Shown here: positions 22,601 through 32,397 of the stretch, in pieces
Position numbering within the stretch: the first letter of the stretch is position 1
How the letters are laid out: each line of letters starts with the position of its first letter
Assembly (NCBI GenBank): GCA_026982555.1
Contig: JALSGT010000076.1
Location: forward strand, 1,309-65,308
Direction of reading: 5' to 3'
Origin: Chromatiales bacterium
GTDB taxonomy: Bacteria > Pseudomonadota > Gammaproteobacteria > SZUA-152
DNA: 64,000 nucleotides
Translations under genes and position numbers: made by a program
The notes under the pieces: model-generated
Told to the model about the DNA's origin: nothing
The model's input: the letters and a program-made list of their open reading frames with translations, nothing else
Databases searched by the model: none

Positions 22601-22676
22601 GGCCGAACATGATGGCCAGTAATACGCCCACCACGACGGCGACGGGATTGCCAAGTCCAAGACGGGTGAGTTTCAT
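19617..22676 (-). CDS. RND efflux transporter, inner-membrane permease (AcrB/HAE1-like)
   Basis: 1019 aa with 12-TM RND topology, an N-terminus of MKLTRLGLGNPVAVVVGVLL and large periplasmic loops. Confidence 0.93.
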   Translation of the reverse strand: MKLTRLGLGNPVAVVVGVLLAIMFGLISLERLPIQLTPEVELPEITITTVWRAAAPEEIESEIIEPQEDVLRGLPGMTKILARAQRGRGSITLTFQVDTDLRRALLEVLSRLNRVQRYPADANEPVINSIGGRSRAIAWFILKPVAGNNRDVASYQNFVEEVVQTRFERIPGVAMSEVRGGRESELRITFDPYKAASLGIELPRVAQLAGGAKNTSGGFADVGKRRYTLRFAGQYNVDDLGGMVLDWRENQPVYLRDVADIEVRMVDRTGFVIQNGQAAMAVNAHRETGVNVLEVMAGLRQAAEELREGPLKRAGLSFEQVYDETRYIDRSINMVSNNLLLGILLAVGVLWWFFRKFRATLMVAVAIPICVVSTFMLLDATGRTLNVISLAGLAFAVGMVLDAAIVVLESVVRLRERGMSSAEAADEGTRKVWGALLASTATTVAIFLPIVFLKDEAGQLFADLALTIAATVSISLLVAITVLPAAASTWLRNISMHDPHAHWWDAGSNFVMRLTDTPRRRALWILGLITLPLMLAVWLKPEADFLPNGNRNLVFAFILPPPGSSVDTLEKELGQVVAQRMQPYIDGTAEPAVDNYFFVAFGSGVFMGARTMDPDKSDELVPLINRLIGSFPDTIAFAQRSSLFGGFGGGRTVDIDIQGSNIDALLDSAQAGFAAVMQTIPGRPPRPRPGLSLAEPELRLLPDERRISEAGWARSDVSQIIRALGDGLFVGDYFDGQQRLDIILRGQDWQTPEELAAIPLATPNSGVLPLSELTEVVRTAGPDEIRRLNRRRTITLEVKAPEGMSLEQTMLVLKEKVNPKIEPLLPEDGEIHYSGTAEKLDLALKSMSASFLLAIAILYLLMSALFRSFRDSLLVILAIPLATVGGVLALQIVNLFVTQHMDLLTMIGFIILLGLVVNNAILLVYQTRAAEREGLKRRDAVNQAVHLRLRPILMSTLTSIFGMLPLLLIPGAGTELYRGLAAVIVGGMSVSTVFTLILLPSLLRIGEDKKTGKPERSYQ

Positions 22677-22784
22677 GGCTGTCTACTTTTTAAGAGCAGG
22701 ACGGGCACGTTTTGTATGCCCATGCGTTTGTGGCACCGGATCGCAGCGGTCTTATTCCGCGTGGACATGAAAAATCTGCCCACC

Positions 22785-23984
22785 CTACGGCGCTTCATCC
22801 AGAATTTTTACTGTGCTGCCTGGGCGTAACCGTTCACCGCCACGCACCACGACCTTGTCTCCGGCGTTCAGTTCACCGGACACGGCCACTTGCGGGCCGC
22901 TGGCAATCCCCGGTTTTACTGCAACACGTTGTGCCTTGTTTTCCGCAGTAATACGAAACACAAAGGCACCGTCACGGCGCAATACCAGTGCATCGCGCGG
23001 CACGGCCAGCACGGTTTTTGCCGTCGCCACGGGCAAGGCAACCCGTACTGTTTGTCCGGCTGTCCAGACACCGTCATCCAGGCTGATGCGCAGATCCAGC
23101 AACCGTGAACGTGCATTACCGGCGGCGACCAGAACACGTACCGGTGCATTGATTTCCTGGCCATTGATGGTGAGTGTGAGCGAATCACCCTCATGCACAA
23201 AATTCAGTGTTTCCAGCGGTACCCACGCCTGTACTTCCAGTGCCCGGCTGTCGATGACTCTTGCCACATTATCACCCACGGCCACACGTTCGCCACGGCG
23301 CATCAAACGTTCCACCACGACACCTGCAAAGGGTGAGCGAATCGCATGCCGATATAATTCTTCCTGCGCCTGTTTAAGTCGTACCTGTGATATCTGCAAT
23401 TCGCTACGGGCGACGTTCCTGTCAGCACGCAATTCGTCCAGGCGGGTTTGTGCCGCATTATTTTGTGTGGCCAGACGCTCATTACGACGCACTTCACTTT
23501 TGAGAAACTCCAGGCGCGCCCGGTCGGCCTCAATCTGTGCCTGAAACTCTTCTATTTTCAATTTGACAAAGGTTGGGTCGATCCGCGCTACTATAGCGTC
23601 TTCCTTGACCCGGGTGCCGACTTCTTTGACCAGCACCAGCCTGCCAGACACTTCTGCCGCCAACCGTGCTTCATGGCGACTGATAACCGTACCGGCCACC
23701 CAGGTTTGTGGTGCCATTAACAATTCTTTTGCTTCGGCAACAGTAACGGGTGAGCTGCGACCACCTCCCGGTGCAGCCTGGGCTGTGGACACGGTCAGTA
23801 AAATGGTGAGCAATGTCCATCCTGCGTGCATCAGGTATTTTGGGCGCCGTGTTGCTGTCACAGAAAAACGGGAATGCTGAGAGGCAATTGAGGAGGCAAT
23901 GGCATTAAAGGCATTTGCTTTTCTCTGTGACCTCTGCACCTTTGTGACCTTGGTGTTTTTTACACACACTGGTTTATCCCTCAT
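22785..23984 (-). CDS. RND efflux periplasmic adaptor (membrane fusion protein, HlyD family)
   Basis: Coiled-coil hairpin plus beta-barrel motifs (IRSPFAGVVVER). The ATGA overlap with the upstream lipoprotein gene supports the long start. An alternative start is at 23831, just before the signal-like segment. Confidence 0.88.
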   Translation of the reverse strand: MRDKPVCVKNTKVTKVQRSQRKANAFNAIASSIASQHSRFSVTATRRPKYLMHAGWTLLTILLTVSTAQAAPGGGRSSPVTVAEAKELLMAPQTWVAGTVISRHEARLAAEVSGRLVLVKEVGTRVKEDAIVARIDPTFVKLKIEEFQAQIEADRARLEFLKSEVRRNERLATQNNAAQTRLDELRADRNVARSELQISQVRLKQAQEELYRHAIRSPFAGVVVERLMRRGERVAVGDNVARVIDSRALEVQAWVPLETLNFVHEGDSLTLTINGQEINAPVRVLVAAGNARSRLLDLRISLDDGVWTAGQTVRVALPVATAKTVLAVPRDALVLRRDGAFVFRITAENKAQRVAVKPGIASGPQVAVSGELNAGDKVVVRGGERLRPGSTVKILDEAP

Positions 23985-24469
23985 TCCTTATCCGTTTCCC
24001 ATGGCGTGATTTTATGTCCATTGAGCTGAATGTCCCCACCTGTTACCGGCAGCAAGAAAGTCAGTACATGATGCAGGCGTTTATTACCCGTATGTACAGT
24101 TTCGTATTCGAGCATGTAAAACTTGCCGGAAAAGCGTGTGTCGGCCTGACTGCGTCGCAGATGGTACGCCCGCATGGGTCCGCGTTCGGCCATCAGTGTT
24201 TTCAGGTTTTCCAACCATTGCTTCGGGGAGCGTTTGGCAAAAAAAGCGCTGTTGTATTGTTTGATGATCAGTTCATCGTCACCGTTTTGTATGGCATCAA
24301 ACAACGTGCCGGCCAGGGCTTCTATAGCGGGGTTGGTTGAAACATTGAGCGCACGCTCCTCGCCTTCATCGCAGGCCGTCAACGTCAATAACAGCAGTAG
24401 AACCAAAACCGGGCTCCACCAGCCCCCTTCATTTTTATGTAACAAAAACATGATATTTACTCTGCCCAT
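23981..24469 (-). CDS. Hypothetical lipoprotein, first gene of the efflux operon
   Basis: Lipobox LTLTAC. It is translationally coupled (ATGA) to the MFP gene. Confidence 0.6.
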   Translation of the reverse strand: MGRVNIMFLLHKNEGGWWSPVLVLLLLLTLTACDEGEERALNVSTNPAIEALAGTLFDAIQNGDDELIIKQYNSAFFAKRSPKQWLENLKTLMAERGPMRAYHLRRSQADTRFSGKFYMLEYETVHTGNKRLHHVLTFLLPVTGGDIQLNGHKITPWETDKE

Positions 24470-24533
24470 CGCGATTAAAAAAACGGGGTTAAGATTAACA
24501 CATGAACCTGCGTAACACCGACGGTATTGAGCG

Positions 24534-26048
24534 TCAATTTACTGATGCGCGATCCAGCCGTCGATAGGCGATGGCTTCGGTGAGGTGAGGTGTGGCGATA
24601 TCTTTTTCACCCGCCAGGTCAGCGACTGTACGCGCCACTTTGAGAATACGATGGTAGGCGCGCGCAGACAGCCCCAGCCGGTCGATGGCTTGCTCCAGCA
24701 AATGGCTGTCGGCATCATTAATACGGCAATGTTGTTGTACATCACGATTTTTTAACAGGGCATTGGCTTTACCGTTACGCACGGTTTGCCGGTCTCGTGC
24801 CGCTTCGACCCGCTGGCGTACTGTTGCAGAACTTTCCCCCGTTTCTTTTGAGGATGCGCGCAATATGGCTTGCGGCACATTGGGCACTTCCACATGCATA
24901 TCAATGCGGTCCAGCAAGGGGCCGGAGATTTTGGCACGGTAACGCTGCACCTGTTCGGCGGTGCAATGGCAGCGACCATTACTGTGGCCAAGGTAGCCAC
25001 AGGGACAAGGATTCATCGCTGCGACCAGTTGAAAACGTGCCGGGAATTCCGCTTGTCGTGCCGCACGGGAGATGGTGATGCGGCCTGATTCCAATGGTTC
25101 GCGCAGCACCTCCAGCACTTTACGGTCAAATTCCGGCAGCTCATCCAAAAATAAAATGCCGTGATCCGCCAGAGAAATTTCTCCAGGCCGCGGGTTGCTG
25201 CCACCTCCCACTAAAGCCACGCCAGAAGCCGTGTGATGAGGCGTGCGAAACGGTCGCTGTCGCCACTGCTCCACGCTAAACCCTCTCTCACTGATGGATG
25301 CAACCGCTGCCGCTTCCAGCGCTTCGTCTTCATTCATGGTGGGCAGAATGCCAGGTAAACGACTGGCGAGCATGGTTTTGCCAGTGCCCGGTGGGCCGAT
25401 CATCAGCAAACTGTGTCCTCCGGCGGCAGCCACTTCCAGAGCACGTTTGGCGTGATGTTGGCCGCGCACCTCGTCAAGGTCGTCTAATGCAGCATCACTG
25501 TTTATCTGCACTTGTCGTGGTACCGGATTCAGCGGCTCAATGTCATTGATGTGGGCACATACTTCCAGTAAATGTGCTGCTGCCAATACTTCCACCCCGT
25601 CCACCAGGCTGGCTTCGGCGGCATTTTCCTGTGGCACAATTAAAATGCGCCCGGCGTCGCGGGCGGCAATGGCGGCGGGCAATACGCCGCGCAAAGGACG
25701 CAATGCACCGCTCAGCGCCAGTTCTCCCACAAATTCGTACTGTGCCAAGGTCTCAGCAGGCAATTGGCGGCTTGCCGCAAGAATGCCCAGCGCAATAGGC
25801 AGATCAAAGCGCCCGCCTTCTTTGGGCAGATCGGCAGGCGCGAGATTAATGGTGATGCGTCGCTGCGGAAACGTGAACTGAGAATTCAGCACGGCACCCC
25901 GTACCCGGTCTTTGCTCTCTTTTACCGCTGCTTCTGGCAAACCAACGATAGACAGGCTGGGCAAGCCATTGGAAAGATGGACTTCGACGGTGACCAGAGG
26001 AGATTCAATGCCCGACTGGGCTCGGCTGTAAGCCGTTGCGAGTGACAT
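24534..26048 (-). CDS. comM: Mg-chelatase-like ATPase YifB/ComM
   Basis: Lon-protease-like N-terminus, AAA+ Walker A GPPGTGKTM, and a C-terminal Mg-chelatase domain. Confidence 0.93.
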   Translation of the reverse strand: MSLATAYSRAQSGIESPLVTVEVHLSNGLPSLSIVGLPEAAVKESKDRVRGAVLNSQFTFPQRRITINLAPADLPKEGGRFDLPIALGILAASRQLPAETLAQYEFVGELALSGALRPLRGVLPAAIAARDAGRILIVPQENAAEASLVDGVEVLAAAHLLEVCAHINDIEPLNPVPRQVQINSDAALDDLDEVRGQHHAKRALEVAAAGGHSLLMIGPPGTGKTMLASRLPGILPTMNEDEALEAAAVASISERGFSVEQWRQRPFRTPHHTASGVALVGGGSNPRPGEISLADHGILFLDELPEFDRKVLEVLREPLESGRITISRAARQAEFPARFQLVAAMNPCPCGYLGHSNGRCHCTAEQVQRYRAKISGPLLDRIDMHVEVPNVPQAILRASSKETGESSATVRQRVEAARDRQTVRNGKANALLKNRDVQQHCRINDADSHLLEQAIDRLGLSARAYHRILKVARTVADLAGEKDIATPHLTEAIAYRRLDRASVN

Positions 26049-26258
26049 GATGTTCCTTGCCTGTTGTTTTATCCGGAATCCATTCGGAGGGAATTATATG
26101 CTGTTGATGTATCAGGTTTGAATCGTGGATAGCAAGACAATGGTAACGTTTGAACCAATGTGGAAAAAACGATCCTGATAAAGAAAAACTGAAATCAGTG
26201 CGCACAACAAATAAGCAGCCGAGCAGTCATCAGCCGCAATGATTCAAGCTTGGTTTGT

Positions 26259-27464
26259 TCAGCCTCTATCGCTATGTGTGTATTGTTTGGCAATAATATC
26301 AATTAATTGTCGTCCAAGCATGAATTTTGATGCTGTTGCTAATTGCTGTTTGTTTTCCGTAGTAAGAACCAGTAACGCATTTTCATCCGCCTCAAAAGCA
26401 ATGCCGTCTCCCACCAAATTTGCGGCAATGATATCAATCCCTTTTCGTTCCAGTTTTTCCCGTGCGTGTTGTTCGACATTTTCTGTTTCAGCGGCGAAAC
26501 CAACGGTAAAGGGAGCATTGTTTAATGCGGCGACAGCGGCAAGAATGTCAGGGTTGCGTTGTAGCGTCAGAGTGAGGGTGTCTTTGGTTTTTTTGATTTT
26601 TTGTTCGGCGATGTTTATCGGGCGATAGTCGGCGACAGCGGCGGTACTGATAAAAATGTCACTGTTGGCGACGTGCTGCATAACGGCATCAAACATTTGT
26701 TGTGCGCTGCGCACGTTGATACGTTTAACGCGCGGTGGTGTAACGAGTGCGGTGGGGCCGCTGATCATAATGACTTTTGCACCTGCTTCGGCAGCGGCCT
26801 GGGCGATGGCATAGCCCATTTTGCCTGAGCTGCGGTTGCTGAGGTAGCGCACGGGATCAATAGCCTCTTGCGTAGGACCGGCAATAAGTAGTACTGTACT
26901 TCCAGACAGCAGTCCGGTTTCAAAAATGTTGGCGGTATGTATCGTAAGCTGGCTTGCTTCCAGCATACGCCCGGGGCCGGTTTCACCACAGGCCTGGTCG
27001 CCTTCGCCGGGGCCGAATTGCAATATGCCACGTTGCCGGAGTTGTTGCAGGTTTTCCTGGGTGGCCGCATTGGCCCACATTTGTTGATTCATGGCTGGGG
27101 CGATGGCAATGGTGGCGTTTGTGGCCAGACAAACGGCTCCCAGCAGATCGTCTGCACGACCTTGCGCGAGTCGGGCGATAAAATTGGCGCTGGCAGGTGC
27201 AACAAGAATAGCATCCGCCCAGCGCGCCAGTGCAATGTGACCCATGGCGGCTTCGGCTTCTGTATCCAGCAAATTTGTGTGTACAGGGTTTCCCGACAAT
27301 GCCTGAAAGGTCAGAGGAGTGACGAATTCGGCTCCGCCGCTGGTGAGCACTACGCGTACGTCAGCCCCTGTGTCTTTGAGGCGTCGCACCAGTTCGGCAG
27401 ATTTGTAGGCGGCAATAGAACCGCTGACACCGAGCAGGATATGTTTATTATTAAGGCTGATCAT
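26259..27464 (-). CDS. coaBC: Bifunctional phosphopantothenoylcysteine decarboxylase / phosphopantothenate-cysteine ligase
   Basis: N-terminal flavoprotein domain (ILLGVSGSIAAYK) plus the DFP domain. Adjacency to radC matches E. coli. Confidence 0.95.
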   Translation of the reverse strand: MISLNNKHILLGVSGSIAAYKSAELVRRLKDTGADVRVVLTSGGAEFVTPLTFQALSGNPVHTNLLDTEAEAAMGHIALARWADAILVAPASANFIARLAQGRADDLLGAVCLATNATIAIAPAMNQQMWANAATQENLQQLRQRGILQFGPGEGDQACGETGPGRMLEASQLTIHTANIFETGLLSGSTVLLIAGPTQEAIDPVRYLSNRSSGKMGYAIAQAAAEAGAKVIMISGPTALVTPPRVKRINVRSAQQMFDAVMQHVANSDIFISTAAVADYRPINIAEQKIKKTKDTLTLTLQRNPDILAAVAALNNAPFTVGFAAETENVEQHAREKLERKGIDIIAANLVGDGIAFEADENALLVLTTENKQQLATASKFMLGRQLIDIIAKQYTHSDRG

Positions 27465-27579
27465 GGTTTGTCTGTCTGTATTTGGTGATGCCGGGGTAAG
27501 GTTGTCACTAGCAGTTTAACTGAATTAAGGTGTTTTGGATAAAAACACCAAACAGGAGCGCAGAAATAAAAGGAATTTG

Positions 27580-28257
27580 ATGATGAAAATTATGGATTGG
27601 CCTGAGGAAGAACGTCCACGGGAAAGATTACTGGAACATGGTGCCGCCGCCCTGTCAGATGCAGAATTACTGGCGATATTCTTGCGCACAGGTATTCCCG
27701 GTAAAACGGCGGTGGATCTGGCGCGTGATCTGTTAAATCGCTTTGGCAGTTTACGTGGGTTGTTAAATGCGAATCAGCAGCAATTTTGTGAGGCTCCAGG
27801 TTTGGGCAAAGCAAAGTTTGCACATTTGCAGGCTTCGGTGGAAATGACACGCCGACATTTTTCCGAAACCGTGCAGCGTGGCAGCGTGTTGGAAAATCCG
27901 CAGCAAACACAAAACTTTCTGAAGGCACGTTTGCGGGATTATTCGTTTGAAGTTTTTTCCTGTTTATATCTCGATAACCGTCATCGGGTGATTCAGTTTG
28001 AAGAGCTGTTTCAGGGCACCATTAATGGTGCGAGTGTGCATCCACGGGAAGTGGTAAAAAAAGCACTGGGGCATAATGCGGCAGCGGTGATTTTTGCGCA
28101 CAATCACCCATCCGGTGTGGCGGAACCCAGTATGGCAGACAAACAAGTGACCCGGCAATTAACCGATGCACTGGCACTGGTGGATGTGCGGGTGTTGGAT
28201 CATGTGGTGGTGGGGGATGGAACGACCGTATCGTTTGCCGAGCGGGGGTTGATCTGA
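27580..28257 (+). CDS. radC: RadC/YicR-family JAB-domain protein
   Basis: ERPRERLL, HhH region, and JAMM motif HNHPSG. The start is taken at [10 protein letters not shown]. Confidence 0.9.
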   Translation: MMKIMDWPEEERPRERLLEHGAAALSDAELLAIFLRTGIPGKTAVDLARDLLNRFGSLRGLLNANQQQFCEAPGLGKAKFAHLQASVEMTRRHFSETVQRGSVLENPQQTQNFLKARLRDYSFEVFSCLYLDNRHRVIQFEELFQGTINGASVHPREVVKKALGHNAAAVIFAHNHPSGVAEPSMADKQVTRQLTDALALVDVRVLDHVVVGDGTTVSFAERGLI

Positions 28258-28310
28258 GTTCCAAAGGAGTTGCACCCAAACCCTTTAGATGTGCCTAAAA
28301 ACAAGCACGA

Positions 28311-29150
28311 TCAGGGGTTGAGTTTATCCATGGCGCTATCGAGGGCAGTGATAGTTTGTGTTAATTCATCCGGCATGTCTTCTTTTGGTGTTTCTTCGAC
28401 TTTGTCTATTTCATTGGAAATCCAGCGCAGGGTAATTACGCTGATGTTGTCCGCTTCCGGGTAGCTGCGAAATTCAGCCTGATAGGCAATGCGTTCAACT
28501 GCTTCGGCCAGTGGATTCCGGGTTAATGTATCCGCAATATTTTCTTTTGTGAGTGGCCCCCACAAGCCATCACTGCACAGTAATAACATGTCATATTTTT
28601 CTAACGGAGTTTTGTCACTGACTGTGGGAACAGGCGGATGTTTCTGGTAACCCACGCAACGTGTAACCAGATGTCGTTGCGGATGTTTATCCATTTCTTC
28701 TTTGCTGAGTTTGCCTTTGCGACGTAGTTCTTCGATTTTTGAATGATCAACTGTGCGCACAAACGGTTTGCCGCCACGGAAAAGATACAGGCGGCTGTCA
28801 CCCACATGGGCCCACCAGGCATTGCCTTCCTGAATCAGACACACCACGCAGGTGGTGCGTGGTTCAATGGGTGGGTATTGTTCATTGCCTGCGCGCAGTA
28901 CGGCGAGATGGGCATCGACAATCAGGTCTTTAAGAAAAGCAACGGGATCGGCAGCGGGCAATTTGCTGCGTTTAAATTGTCGCTGCATGCGATTGACCAT
29001 GGCCTTGGAGGCAATTTGTCCGCCACGGTATCCTCCCATGCCGTCTGCCAGAATCAGTAATACGGTATTATTGTGTTCCACAACACCGATACGATCTTCG
29101 TTTACAACACGATTGCCGAGGCGGGACGTTTTGGCGAGTTGATATTTCAT
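28311..29150 (-). CDS. PP2C-family Ser/Thr protein phosphatase
   Basis: NEDRIGV, ADGMGG and CSDGLWG motifs. Confidence 0.85.
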   Translation of the reverse strand: MKYQLAKTSRLGNRVVNEDRIGVVEHNNTVLLILADGMGGYRGGQIASKAMVNRMQRQFKRSKLPAADPVAFLKDLIVDAHLAVLRAGNEQYPPIEPRTTCVVCLIQEGNAWWAHVGDSRLYLFRGGKPFVRTVDHSKIEELRRKGKLSKEEMDKHPQRHLVTRCVGYQKHPPVPTVSDKTPLEKYDMLLLCSDGLWGPLTKENIADTLTRNPLAEAVERIAYQAEFRSYPEADNISVITLRWISNEIDKVEETPKEDMPDELTQTITALDSAMDKLNP

Positions 29151-29151
29151 G

Positions 29152-30081
29152 TCAGAGTGGCCGGGTTAATGTATCGACAATTTTGCCCAGCAAGTTGTCA
29201 CCTTTATTGTCCTGCTGATTTATTGCATCAAGAAATTCGTCAACGGTTTGTGGACGTAACAGAGGGTCCATTTCCATGGCCCAATCCATCGCCTGTAAAA
29301 GACTGGCAGAGTAGCGCCGTTTAAAAACATGGCTGGCAGGTTTCATTTTGTCTTTTTCGTTTCGGTTTTTGGCCGACATGGGCGCGCTACCTTCGATGCA
29401 GGCACGCATGGAGGCGCCAATGGCGTAGATGTCGGTCCAGGGTCCGATGTAGCCGCCAAGGTTGTATTGTTCCATGGGTGAAAATCCGGCGGTAACGACC
29501 TGGGTGATTTGTAGTTTACGGCTGGCATTACGAGGGTGTACTGCTCCAAAGTCCAGGAGCAGCGGAGCGCCGCCAGGACACAAATGGATGTTGCCGGGTT
29601 TGATGTCCAGATGCAGAAACCCTGTTTCGTGTACGACCCGCAGTCCTTCCAGTAAAGGAGGGAAAATGGTGCGTAAGAAATGTTCACTGAGGCCGCCGTT
29701 GCGATTTTTGATATAACGTTGCAGGTTTTTGCCGGGACGATATTCCATCACCATATAAACAGTGCCATTGGCACGGAAAAAATTCAGCACGCGCACAATG
29801 TTGGGATGTTTGAGTTTGATCAGCGCAGCGGCTTCCTGCAAAAACAGGCGCATGCCTTCGTTATGATGTTCCTGTTGTTGCTCACCTTGTGGCATGACAA
29901 AGCCATCGGCCAGACGTTGTGCCAGCTTGTTGGGCATGTATTCTTTGATGACAATTTGCAGATTGTTTTGTAAATCGGTGGCGAGGTACACAATGCCGAA
30001 GCCACCGGCACTCAATGTGCTGTTGATGCGATAGTGTTCCAGTTTTGTACCGGCAGGAAGGGCAGTGTCAGGCTCAATCAT
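29152..30081 (-). CDS. Hanks-type Ser/Thr protein kinase, soluble, catalytic domain only
   Basis: G-loop SAGGFGIVY, VIKEY lysine, catalytic loop HLDIKPGNI, and DFG. I see no TM or sensor domain. Confidence 0.85.
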   Translation of the reverse strand: MIEPDTALPAGTKLEHYRINSTLSAGGFGIVYLATDLQNNLQIVIKEYMPNKLAQRLADGFVMPQGEQQQEHHNEGMRLFLQEAAALIKLKHPNIVRVLNFFRANGTVYMVMEYRPGKNLQRYIKNRNGGLSEHFLRTIFPPLLEGLRVVHETGFLHLDIKPGNIHLCPGGAPLLLDFGAVHPRNASRKLQITQVVTAGFSPMEQYNLGGYIGPWTDIYAIGASMRACIEGSAPMSAKNRNEKDKMKPASHVFKRRYSASLLQAMDWAMEMDPLLRPQTVDEFLDAINQQDNKGDNLLGKIVDTLTRPL

Positions 30082-30200
30082 AAATACATTACCGTTTGTT
30101 GATCACGGTGCTTTGTTGCAAAGGCCGGTTCTCCGTGTCGCGAATTGGCGTTACACTGCGCGTTGATTCGCAGTTCACAACCTTTCGGGAGCAATTGGAG

Positions 30201-31079
30201 ATGATTTACAGCATGACGGCGTTTTCCCGACAGGAAGGCGATACTGAAAATGGGCACCTCGTCTGGGAATTAAGATCGGTCAATCACCGGTTTTCTGAAG
30301 TCAGTTTACGTTTGCCGGAGGAACTGCGCTTTCTGGAACCAAAAATTCGGGAGCAGGTGGCTAAACGTATCAAACGGGGAAAAATTGATGCGACTTTGCG
30401 CTTTCAAACCACAGGCCAATCGGCAGACAATGAGCTGCCATCGTTGGAAATTGACAGGGCTCTGGTGGAAAAGCTGGCCCATGTGACCCGAGAAATCGAT
30501 CAGTTGTTATACAATGCGGCTCCGATCAATGCTCTGGAGGTTTTACAGTGGCCGGGAGTGCTGAAGGCGCCGGAAAAAAACACTCAGCAACTGGTTGCTG
30601 ATGCTCAGGCTTTGTTGGAGACTGCACTGGCGGATTTGCTGGACTCACGAGCGCGTGAGGGTGAAAAACTCAAGGCAGTCATTGAGGCACGTTGCGCTGC
30701 TATTGATGCGCAGATGAAAACAGTGACGGAGCGTTTGCCAGGTATTTTACGGGCAACACGCGAGCGCCTGGAGAAGCGTTTGGCAGAAATCCAAGGTGAG
30801 CTGGACCCGGCGCGGTTGGAGCAGGAGGTTGTGTTACTGCTCAATAAGGCGGATGTGGACGAGGAAATTGAGCGCCTCAAGGCTCATGTTGACGAAGTAC
30901 GGCGGGTATTGACCCAGGATGAACCCGTGGGTCGGCGGTTGGATTTTCTCATGCAGGAACTGAACCGGGAGGCCAATACACTGGGTTCAAAGTCGGTACA
31001 CACGGATACCACGGCTGTTTCGGTGGAATTAAAGGTGTTGATTGAGCAGATGCGGGAGCAAATTCAGAATATCGAATAA
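30201..31079 (+). CDS. yicC: YicC-family stress-induced protein
   Basis: MTAFSR N-terminus and C-terminal [16 protein letters not shown]. The ATG at 30201 is preferred. Confidence 0.9.
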   Translation: MIYSMTAFSRQEGDTENGHLVWELRSVNHRFSEVSLRLPEELRFLEPKIREQVAKRIKRGKIDATLRFQTTGQSADNELPSLEIDRALVEKLAHVTREIDQLLYNAAPINALEVLQWPGVLKAPEKNTQQLVADAQALLETALADLLDSRAREGEKLKAVIEARCAAIDAQMKTVTERLPGILRATRERLEKRLAEIQGELDPARLEQEVVLLLNKADVDEEIERLKAHVDEVRRVLTQDEPVGRRLDFLMQELNREANTLGSKSVHTDTTAVSVELKVLIEQMREQIQNIE

Positions 31080-31152
31080 TCCGGTACATTGGTTACCGCC
31101 GTCGGTATTTCAGGCGCACGTTAACAGTCGTTATGTTTGGGAGGATATCTGC

Positions 31153-31782
31153 ATGACACAGCAGCAGGGTGCCGGTGGCACGCTTTATATTGTTTCAGCT
31201 CCTTCCGGTGCGGGTAAAACGAGCCTGTTAAAGGTATTGCTTGAGGATGCGGATGGTATCGGGGTATCGGTATCGCATACCACGCGAGCCATGCGTCCTG
31301 GTGAGCGGAATGGTGTGCATTATCATTTTGTGGATGAAAGCACTTTCAAAAAAATGATCGCACAGGGTGATTTTCTGGAGTATGCCCAAGTGTTTGATCA
31401 TTATTACGGTACATCGCAGGCAGCAGTGATGGCGCAGCTGGCCTTGGGACAGGATGTTATTCTGGAAATTGATTGGCAGGGGGCTCGCCAGGTACGTGAG
31501 TGTTTTGCAGATGCGGTGGACATTTTTATTTTGCCACCCTCCAAAGTGGCGCTGCGGGAGCGGCTTACCGGGCGCGGTCAGGACGATGACGCTATTATTG
31601 CCCGGCGCATGCAGGACGCGGAGGCCGAAATGTCGCACTATGATGAGTTTGATTACGTGGTGGTGAACGATGATTTTGATACTGCGGTGGCAGATTTGCA
31701 GGCGGTTATCAGCAGCCAGCGATTGAGGGTTGAGCGCCAGCGTGTCAGTTTGCAGAGTTTATTGGCCGATTTATTGGCGTGA
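31153..31782 (+). CDS. gmk: Guanylate kinase
   Basis: P-loop [10 protein letters not shown]. The gmk-rpoZ-spoT order is conserved. Confidence 0.95.
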   Translation: MTQQQGAGGTLYIVSAPSGAGKTSLLKVLLEDADGIGVSVSHTTRAMRPGERNGVHYHFVDESTFKKMIAQGDFLEYAQVFDHYYGTSQAAVMAQLALGQDVILEIDWQGARQVRECFADAVDIFILPPSKVALRERLTGRGQDDDAIIARRMQDAEAEMSHYDEFDYVVVNDDFDTAVADLQAVISSQRLRVERQRVSLQSLLADLLA

Positions 31783-31960
31783 TGCGGCCTGTCTGTTTTT
31801 GTCCAGGCTCATCAGAGCTGTTTTAGAACTGGTAAAGCCGGGCCCGTTTTTGTACAATTTTCCGTCCTCGTGGAAATTCACCTGTTTTGCGGTGTAAGGG
31901 GGCCACATTCACATTATCAGGATTCGTTTTTTTGCGGTCCACATTCAGGAGTTTTGTATC

Positions 31961-32248
31961 ATGGCACGAGTCACCGTTGAAGATTGTCTGGAAAACGTCA
32001 ACAGTCGTTTTGAACTGGTGTTGTTGGCGAGCAAGCGTGCCCGGCAACTGGTTAACGGCAAGGAGGCAATGGTGGACTGGGAAAATGACAAAGCCACAGT
32101 TGTTGCCCTGCGTGAAATCGGTGAAGGTAAAATCAGCAACAAAATATTGGAAAAAATGGCCAGTGATGAGCGCCTGGCGCGCGAAGCTGCCGAAGCAGAA
32201 GCGGCTGCGGCTGAAGCTGCTGAGTTTGCCGAGCGAAACGAAGACTAG
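31961..32248 (+). CDS. rpoZ: DNA-directed RNA polymerase subunit omega
   Basis: [26 protein letters not shown]. Confidence 0.97.
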   Translation: MARVTVEDCLENVNSRFELVLLASKRARQLVNGKEAMVDWENDKATVVALREIGEGKISNKILEKMASDERLAREAAEAEAAAAEAAEFAERNED

Positions 32249-32397
32249 TACATCAACCCCTTTATATTTTTACATGTCTTCGGGTTGAAGGCATGTGATC
32301 GGTAGAAATTCTGCTTGTCAGGATGCTTCCCACCTGAAAGTATGGAGTGCTTACTCCTCCATTTCCATTATAAAGACATTAAGGTAAAGAGAGTCCG

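Noticed and set aside
22770-22790. CCCACCCTACGG resembling part of the 67-nt REP element
   Set aside because: It is a short chance match lying at the 3' end of the MFP coding sequence, and the rest of the element is absent.
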